A stretch of DNA of 64,000 nt. Origin: an uncultured Nitrososphaerales archaeon. GTDB lineage: Archaea; Thermoproteota; Nitrososphaeria; Nitrososphaerales; Nitrososphaeraceae. This document shows positions 1 through 10,683 of this stretch, in pieces. The translations under genes and the position numbers were made by a program. Location: the NCBI GenBank assembly GCA_963695855.1, contig CAVOHZ010000008.1, positions 352,001 through 416,000 on the forward strand, in the 5' to 3' direction. Under the pieces are notes generated by a model. It was not told the DNA's origin. It did not search any database and saw only the letters and a program-made list of their open reading frames with translations. Numbering within the stretch: the first letter of the stretch is position 1; each line of letters opens with the position of its first letter.

Positions 1-1381
1 AAATTATGAGAGATTCTTAGACAAAAGATTATCCAAGGATCATAATTTGACAACTGGGAGAATATATTCAGAAGTTATAAATGCAGAACGTGAAGGAAAA
101 TACCTTGGACAATGTGTCCAAATAATTCCTCACGTTACGGATGTAATTAAGAATCAATTAAGGCATATAGCCAAAACAGAATCATTGGATATTCTAGTGG
201 TGGAATGTGGTGGAACCGTGGGAGACATCGAGAGCTTACCATTTCTTGAGGCGTTTCGTCAAATGACACTCGAAGAAGGACATAATAGCACTTTATTTAT
301 TCATGTTACTTTGGCCCCAGTTCTTGATGTAGTAGGAGAACAAAAAACCAAACCAACACAGCACAGTGTTCAAGAATTACGTAGAATAGGAATAAATCCT
401 GATATTATTGCAGTTAGATGTAAAACTCCTCTTTTAAATGATACAAGAAAAAAAATATCTCTTTTTGCTAATATAGACACAGATTGCGTCATTTCGTGTC
501 ATGATGTCAAATCGATTTATCTAGTACCGGAAGTTCTTGCTGAACAAGGGATGATGAGAATTATAAATAAAAAATTACAACTGGATCGATCTGCTATTAG
601 ATGGGCAAATTGGAAACGGATATCTCAATCATTTGCAGAGGCTAAAGGAAATATAAATATTGCAGTGGTAGGAAAATATGTTTCTCTCTCTGATAGTTAT
701 GTTAGTGTTTATCAAGCTTTATCCCACGCTGCAACAGCCATAGGAAAAAAAGCTGAAATTTCATTGATTGATTCAGAACAATTTGAGAGAGATCCTAAAA
801 AATTGGGTTCGTTGAAAAAATTTGATGGAATACTAATTCCTGGTGGATTTGGAAGACGAGGTTCAGAAGGAATTATTGATGCTATCAACTACTCTAGAAA
901 AGAAAATATTCCATTTTTGGGTATTTGTTTTGGATTTCAATTATCTATTGTTTCATTTGCTAGGAGTATGTGTGGATTAAAGGGATCTAATTCTACTGAA
1001 CTTGATCCAGAAACTAGACATCCAGTCATCGAATTTATGCCGGAACAAAGGACAATAAATAATATGGGTGGCTCTATGAGATTAGGCGGTCATAAAATAA
1101 AAATAGTTGCTAATACTTTAGCATCCAAAATTTATTCTAGGAATATAATATATAAGAGACATAGACATAGATACGAATTTAATAAGAACTATCTATCCAT
1201 TATACAAAAGAATGGGATGCTGTTATCTGGATACTCTGACGGGGAAAAAAGAACGGAAATATTGGAGATTCCAGATCATAGGTTTTATTTTGCAGTACAG
1301 TATCACGCAGAATTTGATAGTAGACCAGGAAAACCAGAACCTGCATTTGCATCATTCATAAAGGCCTGTTCTAAATCTTAA
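1..1381 (+). CDS. pyrG: CTP synthase (5' end outside window)
   Basis: Frame is open from base 2 (NYERFLDK...NLTTGRIY). Motifs GGTVGDIESLPF, KTKPTQHSV, GICFG, RHRHRYE and QYHAEF. Confidence 0.97.
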   Translation, partial: NYERFLDKRLSKDHNLTTGRIYSEVINAEREGKYLGQCVQIIPHVTDVIKNQLRHIAKTESLDILVVECGGTVGDIESLPFLEAFRQMTLEEGHNSTLFIHVTLAPVLDVVGEQKTKPTQHSVQELRRIGINPDIIAVRCKTPLLNDTRKKISLFANIDTDCVISCHDVKSIYLVPEVLAEQGMMRIINKKLQLDRSAIRWANWKRISQSFAEAKGNINIAVVGKYVSLSDSYVSVYQALSHAATAIGKKAEISLIDSEQFERDPKKLGSLKKFDGILIPGGFGRRGSEGIIDAINYSRKENIPFLGICFGFQLSIVSFARSMCGLKGSNSTELDPETRHPVIEFMPEQRTINNMGGSMRLGGHKIKIVANTLASKIYSRNIIYKRHRHRYEFNKNYLSIIQKNGMLLSGYSDGEKRTEILEIPDHRFYFAVQYHAEFDSRPGKPEPAFASFIKACSKS

Positions 1382-2375
1382 GCTCATATATTCTCTGTCT
1401 TGCATCCCTTAACGATGTTTTCTTTTTAACATAACCCCTATTCAATAAATGCCCCAAGGAAAGCCTAATTGTTCTTTCAGGAAGTAACGTTTTAGAGGAA
1501 AGGTCTTTTTGTCCCATTGCACCTTCATATTCCAATATCTTTAGTATTAGTTTGGCACTGGGAGGCATATCTAATAAATCTTCTGCGAGTTTAACTTTTT
1601 TGGCGATAACTGATGTAGCAGAATCTTCTCCTATCAATCTCACCAACTTGGCTGGATAACTATGTTTATTACATTCCAATGTTTTTTTAATTCCAACTCG
1701 CCGCCCTCCATCCAAAACTACTTCACAATGAAATCTACTTAAAATGTCTGAAATTTCAATTCGACTTTCATTAGGTACAATTAGTGGTCTGCGAGTATTA
1801 TCTACCGAGTTTACCGAAACGATTACAAATACTTGTGATTTTTGTAATACCATTGGACCACCAGCTGACATAGAATATGCTGTTGATCCAGTTGGGGTAG
1901 ATACAATAACACCATCGCTATTATCATGCCATACATCTTTGTTGTCTATTCTAAGTACATGTTCCATTAAAGTTGCACTTTTGCTTGGAAAAACAACGAC
2001 ATCATTTAATACAGGTTCAATTTCCTTTCCATCAACTTTAACTGCTAGTCTTATTACCTCATCTATGCCATAATCTCCTTTCTTTAATCTATTTGTAATT
2101 GTCTCTAAATCTTGGACATCTATTTGTGCCAAAAAATCAGTTGATTCTGCTTCGTATACACCTATAGCAGGAGATGAGTCCGTTGTTACCTTATGAAAAT
2201 AATCTAACATGGCACGATCTCCTCCAGCAATTAATACCAAGTCAACTTTATTAGCCAAGTCATAATTTTTTTCGTTCATATCGAAAGTTTCAATATTAAG
2301 ATCATCAAGCACTTTTTTGATCTTTATTGTTAAGGCTAAATCTTGTGAATAGGCACCTACAAGTGCAATTTTCAT
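1371..2375 (-). CDS. NAD kinase-family protein with C-terminal winged-HTH domain
   Basis: GGD(R), LND, DGVIVSTPTGSTAYSMSAGGP motifs. The tail MPPSAKLILKILEYEG...LPERTIRLSL...DARQRIY is MarR-like. Confidence 0.9.
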   Translation of the reverse strand: MKIALVGAYSQDLALTIKIKKVLDDLNIETFDMNEKNYDLANKVDLVLIAGGDRAMLDYFHKVTTDSSPAIGVYEAESTDFLAQIDVQDLETITNRLKKGDYGIDEVIRLAVKVDGKEIEPVLNDVVVFPSKSATLMEHVLRIDNKDVWHDNSDGVIVSTPTGSTAYSMSAGGPMVLQKSQVFVIVSVNSVDNTRRPLIVPNESRIEISDILSRFHCEVVLDGGRRVGIKKTLECNKHSYPAKLVRLIGEDSATSVIAKKVKLAEDLLDMPPSAKLILKILEYEGAMGQKDLSSKTLLPERTIRLSLGHLLNRGYVKKKTSLRDARQRIYELKI

Positions 2376-2554
2376 TAGTTTTATTTATCTAAACCTATCT
2401 CTCATTTAAAGTTAAATTCTATTACATCATAATGTTCGCTATACACAATTATGAAAACATTAAAAGTGTATCTTATGTCTGATCCTATCAATTAACTTTT
2501 TATTTGTACTTTTATTCGATGTAAAGAAATTTGGGAATAATTTTTACCAGAACC

Positions 2555-2562
2555 TTTAAAGT
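2555..2562 (+). promoter_or_regulatory. Putative TATA box for leaderless rps26e transcript
   Basis: TTTAAAGT lies 23-30 nt before the ATG at 2585, typical archaeal spacing. Weak evidence in AT-rich DNA. Confidence 0.4.
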
Positions 2563-2584
2563 ATGGAATTATGATGATATTTAC

Positions 2585-2872
2585 ATGCCAAAGAAACGTA
2601 CGAGTAGGGGTCGTACAAAGGGAGGAAAAGGTAGTTCCGGAACAGTACATTGCAGTCAATGTGGAGCTATGGTTCCAAGAGATAAAGCTAAAAAAATAAC
2701 AGGCCGAATAACTCTAGTAGAACCAACTCTTGCAAAAGAATTAAGAGCTCAGGGCGCTTATATATCTCCTGCAACGGATGTTAAATTCTATTGTGTTTCA
2801 TGTGCCGTTCATAGAGGAATTGTTAAAGTAAGATCTGAACTTGAAAGACGGGTAAGTACAAGACTACGATAA
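2585..2872 (+). CDS. rps26e: 30S ribosomal protein S26e
   Basis: MPKKRTSRGRTKGGKG..CSQCG..VPRDKAKK..YCVSCAVH. The ATG at 2585 is preferred over the ORF-track TTG at 2531. Confidence 0.95.
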   Translation: MPKKRTSRGRTKGGKGSSGTVHCSQCGAMVPRDKAKKITGRITLVEPTLAKELRAQGAYISPATDVKFYCVSCAVHRGIVKVRSELERRVSTRLR

Positions 2873-2873
2873 T

Positions 2874-3470
2874 TCAATCTAGTTTTTTTATTGTCTTAAA
2901 AATCCTCTGAATTGTAGTCAGAATGGATATTATTATTATTATTATGATTCCATATTCCAAAAAATTTTGAATTGGTATTATTCCCATTATAGCTAATATC
3001 AATAATCTTTCTGCCCTCTCTCCAAATCCTACTCCACTTAAATCTATTCCAAGTGATTCTGCTCTAGATCGAGTGTAACTTACCAGCAAAGAGGAGGAGA
3101 GAGCCGTCATACACAATATAGGATTAGATAAACCTCCTATGGCTATCCCAGTAAATATTATTACTTCAGAAATCTTATCCAATGTGGAATCAAGAAACGC
3201 TCCTTTCCTAGATGTTTTCTTAGTAATCTTCGCAACACTTCCATCTATTACATCAAAAAATCCTGAAATTAACAAAAGGATACTGGCTACTAATGCAGCA
3301 TTAAAAAAAATATCCTTTTGTATGGAATTTAACCCATATGCAATAGACGATGTAATCGCTAGTATGAAGCCAATAATAGTTAGAGTATTTGGAGATAATC
3401 CAGAGGACGCAAAGATTGAAGCTATTTTTTCAAGACTCGGCCCTAGATTTTTCCTAAATTTATTTAACAA
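2874..3470 (-). CDS. CDP-alcohol phosphatidyltransferase (archaetidylinositol-phosphate synthase-like)
   Basis: PNTLT, DVIDGSVAK...GAFLDSTLDK and VSYTRSRAE...GERAER signatures. Confidence 0.9.
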   Translation of the reverse strand: MLNKFRKNLGPSLEKIASIFASSGLSPNTLTIIGFILAITSSIAYGLNSIQKDIFFNAALVASILLLISGFFDVIDGSVAKITKKTSRKGAFLDSTLDKISEVIIFTGIAIGGLSNPILCMTALSSSLLVSYTRSRAESLGIDLSGVGFGERAERLLILAIMGIIPIQNFLEYGIIIIIIISILTTIQRIFKTIKKLD

Positions 3471-3593
3471 AGATATTTAACTAATAATTTTAATTAAATT
3501 CGTTTTATATCTTTTGACTTTTGTTCAAAATTGATTTTTTCTTCTTGTATCGGAAAATAATTTAATAGTCTTCTCTGTTTACATCAAATTCGT

Positions 3594-4229
3594 ATGAAGA
3601 AATCTAACTCAGTTCTGGTTTTTGGCGCACATCCTGATGACTTGGAAATTGGAATGGGAGGAACGATTTCCAAACTTTCAAGAATGGGTTTTGAAGTAAT
3701 TCCAATAATAGCTACCCTTCCAAATTTTACTGAAAATGATACAAAGGACGAACGTAGATCGGAATCGGTAAAATCGAGTAAAATATTAGGATGTATCTCT
3801 CCAGAATTTCTTGATCTTTCACCTACTCAAATGATATTCAATAGAAAATTAGTATCCTTGATTGACAATTTAATAAAAAAATATCAGCCAGAAAGCGTGT
3901 TCACCCAATGGATAGGTGATTCACACCAGGATCATCAAATTCTGACAAAGTCGGTAATGTCTGCTTCTCGTGATATTGATAACTTGTATATGTATGAAAC
4001 GACTATTCCTGGTGGTCTAACTGAAATATCATTCAAACCACAACTTTATGTTGATATCACCACGGATATAGATACAAAAAAAAATGCATTAACTTGTTTT
4101 AAATCACAATTTGTTAGGTGCGGTCAATACTGGTTAGATGCGATACTAGGAAGATCTAGTTACAGAGGATATCAAATACATACTAAATATGCTGAAGCAT
4201 TTGAAATTATTAAAACTATTAAGTTCTAA
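3594..4229 (+). CDS. PIG-L/LmbE family deacetylase
   Basis: GAHPDDLE and DSHQDH motifs; C-terminal YAEAF. Confidence 0.9.
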   Translation: MKKSNSVLVFGAHPDDLEIGMGGTISKLSRMGFEVIPIIATLPNFTENDTKDERRSESVKSSKILGCISPEFLDLSPTQMIFNRKLVSLIDNLIKKYQPESVFTQWIGDSHQDHQILTKSVMSASRDIDNLYMYETTIPGGLTEISFKPQLYVDITTDIDTKKNALTCFKSQFVRCGQYWLDAILGRSSYRGYQIHTKYAEAFEIIKTIKF

Positions 4230-4287
4230 TTTCAAGGTTATTAAATATCTATATTTTGTGTGCTCCTTATCCAAAATTTTTTCATGC

Positions 4288-5418
4288 CTATTTAGATGAA
4301 ATCTTCCTATAAATTAGAAGGAATACTGCTTGAATCGTTAATGCTATAATGACAGCTAATGCAAGCCCTGTTACTTGCATAGATTTTCCTAATATTAACA
4401 TCAATGATATTTGTAAAATTTGGTAGATTATGGCACCAATTACAACACCTCTAGTATTTCCTTCACTAAGGAATCTAGAATTAATGATATAAGTAACCAT
4501 CATGGGAATAATTCCTATACTCAATATTCTTATTGCATCAAGCGAATTCTTGTAACCAGGGAAAAACAAGTCTATTATGATAGGACTTGAAATATATAGT
4601 AAGAGCGCGAGTGCAATTGATATTCCAAATCCTAAAATCCTTAACTTTGTTTTTTTATTACCGCTCGCTTCTTCTGGAACCAAATACTGAAAGAAACTGA
4701 TAGGAATCATCCCAAGAAACATTAAAAATTGAAAGCCTAATTGATAATATCCTAATATAACGTATCCAAAAATAGGACCGATAAGAATCTTATCGAAGTA
4801 CATTAACAACGCGTTTGACATATTAAAAGAATAACTGTGTAAAGAAAATTTTATTTTACTTCTAATTTCCGTGATATCTTTTTTGAAATGTTTTATTGAT
4901 AAAAAATATTTATAACTAAAGATAAAGAATGAAATTGTAAATCCAATTATTATTCCTGGGATACCTATAATGTAATATAAGGCGATGGAGAGGACTAGTT
5001 GAATTGCTCTTGCACCTACATTTGCAATTGCATATTGTTTATAGGATTTTCTACCGAGATATTCATAAATACTCATCATCCAAAAAGTCATGCCGATAAC
5101 AAAAAATCCTAATAATATGTCTTTTTGTGCGACAATTATACCTAAAACGATGCTTGATATTAAGATAACTTGATTAGCGGCAACATGTATCTTATCAAAG
5201 CCTTTGGGAATGTAAGTCGTAACAGTAGTATTGAGTCCTAATAGAGCAATACTAGATGCAAGTGATGCCATTGAAATCATATAACTAGTCTCCCCGTATT
5301 CTTCAACACTTTGTAGAGAAGCCAATAAAAGCCAGAAGCCGCCTGTAATCAGAGCACCAAGAATATTTCCAACTATTATGTGAATAAGACCCTTATTTGA
5401 TTTAATAAATTTCAGCAA
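4288..5418 (-). CDS. Polysaccharide-export flippase-like membrane protein (MOP/Wzx-like)
   Basis: Many hydrophobic segments; EEYG in the first loop; DKILIGPIFG..LGYYQ motif. Confidence 0.75.
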   Translation of the reverse strand: MLKFIKSNKGLIHIIVGNILGALITGGFWLLLASLQSVEEYGETSYMISMASLASSIALLGLNTTVTTYIPKGFDKIHVAANQVILISSIVLGIIVAQKDILLGFFVIGMTFWMMSIYEYLGRKSYKQYAIANVGARAIQLVLSIALYYIIGIPGIIIGFTISFFIFSYKYFLSIKHFKKDITEIRSKIKFSLHSYSFNMSNALLMYFDKILIGPIFGYVILGYYQLGFQFLMFLGMIPISFFQYLVPEEASGNKKTKLRILGFGISIALALLLYISSPIIIDLFFPGYKNSLDAIRILSIGIIPMMVTYIINSRFLSEGNTRGVVIGAIIYQILQISLMLILGKSMQVTGLALAVIIALTIQAVFLLIYRKISSK

Positions 5419-5881
5419 TTTTTATGTCCCTTTTATGTATTATCATCAATAATCTTTCTCTTAATAAAATGGTTTATTTCATTTTTTGCATTATATTTTT
5501 TTAGTACATTCGTAAAAGTAATTCCAATTATTTATTCAAGTTGATTTTCTTCCTATCTTTTTATACGTTATTATTGTTATAATATAATATTACTACAAAA
5601 AATACGAAAAAAAATCTAGAGTTAAAAATAATTATCAATAATTATTGTACAAAATAGAGTTCGCCATAAATATTCAGAATCCTTTTTCATATAAATGAAA
5701 GGGAATTTTTTAAAAAAACTAAATTACATAATTAATATCGGAATAAATTCTGTTATGCATGGCGTATTGGGAATTTCTAACTTGGTTGTGGTAATCGTAT
5801 TAAGTAGAATAACTGTAAAAAAGTCATAGGAGTATTTTTAAATAGTAGACTAAATGTAAAAGGATTCTGGGAGTAAGTTAG

Positions 5882-8800
5882 ATGAAAAATTCCGATAAGA
5901 AATTTAAGGTTTTATTTGCTGGAATATTAATATTTATCTCTTTTCTTGTGTTAAACTCTTTTACATATTTATCAGTTAATGCTCAATCCCAAAGCACTTT
6001 TCTTACCCTTTCAGGATCGGATTTTCTTGATGTAAAAAATAGTGAACGATTGCAATTAGACAAATTTACTCTTTCTACATGGTTTTCTACAGATAAACAA
6101 GATTTCATAGATCCAGGGATGATTGTAAACAAGGGAGGTATGAATGATGATGCTCCTGGTAACAACATGAATTACGGTTTTTGGATAACACCAACCGAAC
6201 TTTTAGAGGGTGGTTTTGAGACAAAGTCAGGTACTAATCTCTTTATAACATCTAAAAATAAATTTAACGATGGTAATTGGCATCATGCATTTCTTACCTA
6301 TGATGGTTCTGTTTTGAAACTGTACGTAGATGGTAACGAAGAGGGTCAGCTCTCAGTGAAAGCAGTCCCTGACAACACAGGTACTCAACCGATAAGAATA
6401 GGTGCGAATTCATTTGCAGATGACAAATTTTTCACTGGAAAGGTGGATGAAGTTATGCTTTGGGATAGAGCATTATCGTTAGAAGAAATATCTAATTCCG
6501 ATAACTTTGACGAATTCCCATTAAATGGAAGAATTCTTTATCTGTCATTTTCATCAGTCTCTCCAATACAATCTACCTATAATTATGCCCCATACAAAAC
6601 TTTTGACGGAAGTGAAAAGGATGAAATTGATGAAGATGAGCAATTATTCCATCTAAGTAATTTTTCGGCAGCAAGTTGGTTTAGAAGCGATAGAATTGAC
6701 CATGATAAGGTGGGAATATTATTAAACAGGGGTGGATTTGGATCTGAACTACAAAATGAAAATCTAAATTATGGTATATGGTTAAATCCATCAGAGACTA
6801 TTGAAGCTGGTTTTGAAACTTCTTCCGGTACAAATGTTTTTGTGACCACATTAGATAAATTTAATGACGGGCTTTGGCATTACGCTGTATTAACGTACGA
6901 CGGCAAGACGTTAAAATTATATGTTGATGGTGTTCTTGTAGATGATAAAATAACATCAGGAATACTGCCAGATTTGGCAGGCGATACAAAATTTGTTATT
7001 GCTGGTGACTCTGTCGCAGATGATAAATTCTTTAAGGGTGATCTTGATGAGATTCGAGTATGGAATAGAGCTATATCTTCGGATGAAGTTTTAAGTGGAT
7101 TTAAAAATAATATATTTAATATTGATGGACAAATATTCTATGAATCGTACTCAGGTGAAGGTCCACCTCCACCACCACAACAAGAAGAATGTCCAGCAGG
7201 TGAACACTTTGATACTACCACAAACGCATGTGTCCCAGACTTACCAACTCCACCACCACAACAAGAAGAATGTCCAGCAGGTGAACACTTTGATACTACC
7301 ACAAACGCATGTGTCCCAGACTTACCAACTCCACCACCACAACAACAAGAATGTCCAGCAGGTGAACACTTTGATACTACCACAAACGCATGTGTCCCAG
7401 ACCTACCAACTCCACCACCACAACAACAAGAAGAATGTCCAGCAGGTGAACACTTTGATACTACCACAAACGCATGTGTCCCAGACTTACCAACTCCACC
7501 ACCACAACAACAAGAGTGTCCAGCAGGTGAACACTTTGATACTACCACAAACGCATGTGTCCCAGACCTACCAACTCCACCACCACAACAACAAGAGTGT
7601 CCAGCAGGTGAACACTTTGATACTACCACAAACGCATGTGTCCCAGACCTACCAACTCCACCACCACAACAAGAAGAATGTCCAGCAGGTGAACACTTTG
7701 ATACTACCACAAACGCATGTGTCCCAGACCTACCAACTCCACCACCACAACAAGAGTGTCCAGCAGGACTACACCTTGAGAATGGTCAGTGCGTCCCAGA
7801 TTTACCACCTCAACTAACCGGAATAGGCTTTCTTTTGGTAGTTACTAACGTTATGAATGATGATAGTGGTACAAAACAGGCTTCTGACTTTACTGTTAAT
7901 GTTAATGGGAATGGACCCTTGCCAAAAACATTCAGCGGTATTCAATCTCCAACAGCAACAAGTGTTGCCATTAATCAAGGAGACTACTCTGTAAGCCTTA
8001 AGGATAACTTAGGATATGAAACAGATTTCCTATACAATTGTGCTGGTACTATACACGTTGAAGAAACACGTGTTTGTGTTATCAATATAGATGATCCAAC
8101 GCCACCACCTCCACCACAAGGATGTCCAGGCGGAGAGCATCTTGATGAGAATGGGCAGTGCGTCCCAGATTTACCTCCTCCACCAGGAACTGGATTTCTT
8201 TTAGTAATTACAGATGTTGTTAACAATAATGGTGGTACAAAAACAGCTTCCGATATTGATATTACTGTTAATGGTAACAATCCTGTTCCATCTAATTTCA
8301 AGGGATCTCAAACACCATTAGGGAAAATTATTGCGCTGACTGAGGGGGGATTCTCTCTAACTGTCAATAATAATTTTGGATATCAAACAAAATTCCTATA
8401 TGATTGTGCCGGTACTGTCAAAGCTCAAGAAACCCATGTTTGTGTTATAAATCTGGATGATCCGATCACAACCGTTACTTCAGGAACAGCACAGGGATGT
8501 CCAGCAGGCCAACACTTTGATGCTACCACAAATGCATGTGTCCCAGAGTTACCTCCTCCACCACAGGGATGTCCAGCAGGACAACACTTTGACCAAACAA
8601 CACAAACATGCGTCCCAGACTTACCTCCTCCACCACAAGGATGTCCAGCAGGACAACACTTTGACCAAACAACACAAACTTGCGTCCCAGAGTTACCTCC
8701 TCCACCACAAGGTACATTTGTTCCTTTCAACTTTGCGGCAGCGGGTGATTGGAATTGCAACTCAAATTCTAAAAAAACAGTACAATCGATGCTTTCTAAA

Positions 8801-10408
8801 GATCCAGAAATTGTACTAGGACTTGGGGATTTCTCCTATACCTCGACTGCTGATTGTTGGTTAGATGTTATTACTCCTCTCAATGATAAAATGAAAATTA
8901 CAATAGGAAATCATGATAGTGACGAAGATGAAGGTCCTGAAATTACTGAACAATTCCTCGATCATTTCAATCTAGACAAACAGTATTATTCATTTATTCA
9001 GGGAAATACTTTATTTATATCGATGTCTACTCAGGTATCATTTTCTGAAAATTCGGAACAATTTAATTTTGTAAAAAGTGAACTAGAAAAAGCTGCAAAG
9101 GATAATAGAATCCTTTGGAAAGTAGTATACTTCCACAAACCTGCATACACTGCACCCAGTAAACATGAAGGGTTAGTGAGTTTACGTGATACCTATCACC
9201 CATTATTTGACCAATACAAAGTAGATCTGGTTCTTTCAGGTCATAATCACAATTATCAGAGAACTTTCCCAATTCACTTCAATCCAGATGATTCATCTAA
9301 ACCGATTATAGTTAATACTGACCAGAATACATATAACAACGTTGGAGCCCCAATTTTTATAATATCTGGAACGGGTGGAGTTTCGTTGTATGCATTGGGT
9401 GCCCAGCCAGACTTTAATGTAAAACAATTTGGAAAATTTGGACTTCTCAATATAGATGTGACAGGAAATAATGGTGAAAAGTTAGTTGGCACATTTGTTG
9501 ATAATGATGGTAATCAATTAGATCAATTCACTATTACAAAATCCATTGGACCATCTTCTGTGTCTTCTTTGGCAATAAATTCACAACAATCTGGAAGTAA
9601 AGGGGTTGATGTGTTTGGAGTGAATAAAATCTATCCCACCAAACTTGGAGGAGAAGAATGGTCCATGAACATGGAAAATCTGAAATCTGATTCAAGATTA
9701 AAGGTTGGTGCAAGTACAGGAGATATCATAAAGAACCAAGACGGGTCTTGGTCTCCTGTGTCTCAAGATAAGGTTATACTTAATGTATACACATCATCTG
9801 TTGGAGAATTCAACAAAGAAAATGTGACTACTTTCAATCTAAAAGAACTAGCCAAAAAAGGTCATTGGTTTAAAGAAAATGATTGGTTGAATATCGAAAT
9901 GGGTGGATATTTTAAATTGAATTCTACTGATGATCTTTCACTTGGATATAGTTTCATCCCAAGATCAATAGACCATAGTAATGATCATGGTGGATGTGGA
10001 GGCGCAACTCCGGTATTCACTTTTGGCTTCAACGGTGTATTGACGGCTAAAAAAGAGATGTGGTTTTCAAGTTTGATAAATTCTGCAGCGGAAAAAATTG
10101 GAGAACTATCACCGTCAATTGTCGGTAAATGGATAGGAATGAAGGCAGTTATCTATAACCTTCCCAACAACGATGTAAAGCAGGAGTTTTGGATGGACAA
10201 AGAAAACAATGGAAAATGGGAAAAGGTCTATGAATTTACCGATAAAGGCGGATTTGGTGTTACCGGCGAAGCAGGACCTGAAAAATGTGGAGGAGAATGG
10301 GACCAGAGATATACATGGGGTTCTCCTAAGGTCACATTTAAATGGAATCAGGCTGATGTCGAGTTTAAGAATCTTTCCGTACGTGAAATAGTACCTCCAA
10401 AAGAATGA
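5882..10408 (+). CDS. Large secreted modular protein: 2x LamG, Cys/Pro repeats, 2x Ig-like, metallophosphoesterase, C-terminal beta-rich domain
   Basis: Signal peptide; LamG motifs NDGxWH..LTYDG..LKLYVDG twice; phosphoesterase motifs AAGD, LGDFSY, GNHD, FHKP and GHNHNYQR. Confidence 0.9.
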   Translation: MKNSDKKFKVLFAGILIFISFLVLNSFTYLSVNAQSQSTFLTLSGSDFLDVKNSERLQLDKFTLSTWFSTDKQDFIDPGMIVNKGGMNDDAPGNNMNYGFWITPTELLEGGFETKSGTNLFITSKNKFNDGNWHHAFLTYDGSVLKLYVDGNEEGQLSVKAVPDNTGTQPIRIGANSFADDKFFTGKVDEVMLWDRALSLEEISNSDNFDEFPLNGRILYLSFSSVSPIQSTYNYAPYKTFDGSEKDEIDEDEQLFHLSNFSAASWFRSDRIDHDKVGILLNRGGFGSELQNENLNYGIWLNPSETIEAGFETSSGTNVFVTTLDKFNDGLWHYAVLTYDGKTLKLYVDGVLVDDKITSGILPDLAGDTKFVIAGDSVADDKFFKGDLDEIRVWNRAISSDEVLSGFKNNIFNIDGQIFYESYSGEGPPPPPQQEECPAGEHFDTTTNACVPDLPTPPPQQEECPAGEHFDTTTNACVPDLPTPPPQQQECPAGEHFDTTTNACVPDLPTPPPQQQEECPAGEHFDTTTNACVPDLPTPPPQQQECPAGEHFDTTTNACVPDLPTPPPQQQECPAGEHFDTTTNACVPDLPTPPPQQEECPAGEHFDTTTNACVPDLPTPPPQQECPAGLHLENGQCVPDLPPQLTGIGFLLVVTNVMNDDSGTKQASDFTVNVNGNGPLPKTFSGIQSPTATSVAINQGDYSVSLKDNLGYETDFLYNCAGTIHVEETRVCVINIDDPTPPPPPQGCPGGEHLDENGQCVPDLPPPPGTGFLLVITDVVNNNGGTKTASDIDITVNGNNPVPSNFKGSQTPLGKIIALTEGGFSLTVNNNFGYQTKFLYDCAGTVKAQETHVCVINLDDPITTVTSGTAQGCPAGQHFDATTNACVPELPPPPQGCPAGQHFDQTTQTCVPDLPPPPQGCPAGQHFDQTTQTCVPELPPPPQGTFVPFNFAAAGDWNCNSNSKKTVQSMLSKDPEIVLGLGDFSYTSTADCWLDVITPLNDKMKITIGNHDSDEDEGPEITEQFLDHFNLDKQYYSFIQGNTLFISMSTQVSFSENSEQFNFVKSELEKAAKDNRILWKVVYFHKPAYTAPSKHEGLVSLRDTYHPLFDQYKVDLVLSGHNHNYQRTFPIHFNPDDSSKPIIVNTDQNTYNNVGAPIFIISGTGGVSLYALGAQPDFNVKQFGKFGLLNIDVTGNNGEKLVGTFVDNDGNQLDQFTITKSIGPSSVSSLAINSQQSGSKGVDVFGVNKIYPTKLGGEEWSMNMENLKSDSRLKVGASTGDIIKNQDGSWSPVSQDKVILNVYTSSVGEFNKENVTTFNLKELAKKGHWFKENDWLNIEMGGYFKLNSTDDLSLGYSFIPRSIDHSNDHGGCGGATPVFTFGFNGVLTAKKEMWFSSLINSAAEKIGELSPSIVGKWIGMKAVIYNLPNNDVKQEFWMDKENNGKWEKVYEFTDKGGFGVTGEAGPEKCGGEWDQRYTWGSPKVTFKWNQADVEFKNLSVREIVPPKE
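7162..7810 (+). repeat. Coding tandem repeat, about 84-87 bp x7 plus a variant unit (PPPQQEECPAGEHFDTTTNACVPDLPT)
   Basis: Near-identical units differing mainly in the number of CAA/GAA codons. Confidence 0.95.
8490..8712 (+). repeat. Coding tandem repeat, 72 bp x3 (QGCPAGQHFD..T..CVP.LPPPP)
   Basis: Three consecutive units visible in DNA and protein. Confidence 0.9.
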
Positions 10409-10683
10409 TCTTGTTATAGTTAGCATGTCGTCGGAATTTTTGACTAAATTCTTTTTCTATTTTTTAACTTGATAATTATGTCTAAAACCTGCATTTCTAT
10501 TAACGATTCTTCTCATACGCATGAATTGCTTCGTTAATCCACTAAATTACCGTACGTATATCGCATCGTACGTATATTGCGAAAATATATTTTTCCATTT
10601 TCAGATAGTCCACCAGTAGAGTGTAAAGATCATTCATTTCAGTAATATTTTTTTCTAATGGTATATTTCTATTTATTATCTAA

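Noticed and set aside
1744-2073. Antisense ORFs over core genes (also 3139, 35640, 40783, 41689, 45623, 47423, 56455)
   Set aside because: Fully overlap well-supported genes on the opposite strand.
7162-7810. Possible CRISPR array
   Set aside because: No unique spacers; the units are in-frame coding repeats and no cas genes are present.
7095-8819. His-rich and Cys/Gly-rich alternative ORFs over the repeats
   Set aside because: Shadow frames of the coding tandem repeats in the 1508-aa gene.
10551-10581. CGTACGTATAT direct repeat x2
   Set aside because: Too short and isolated to assign a function.
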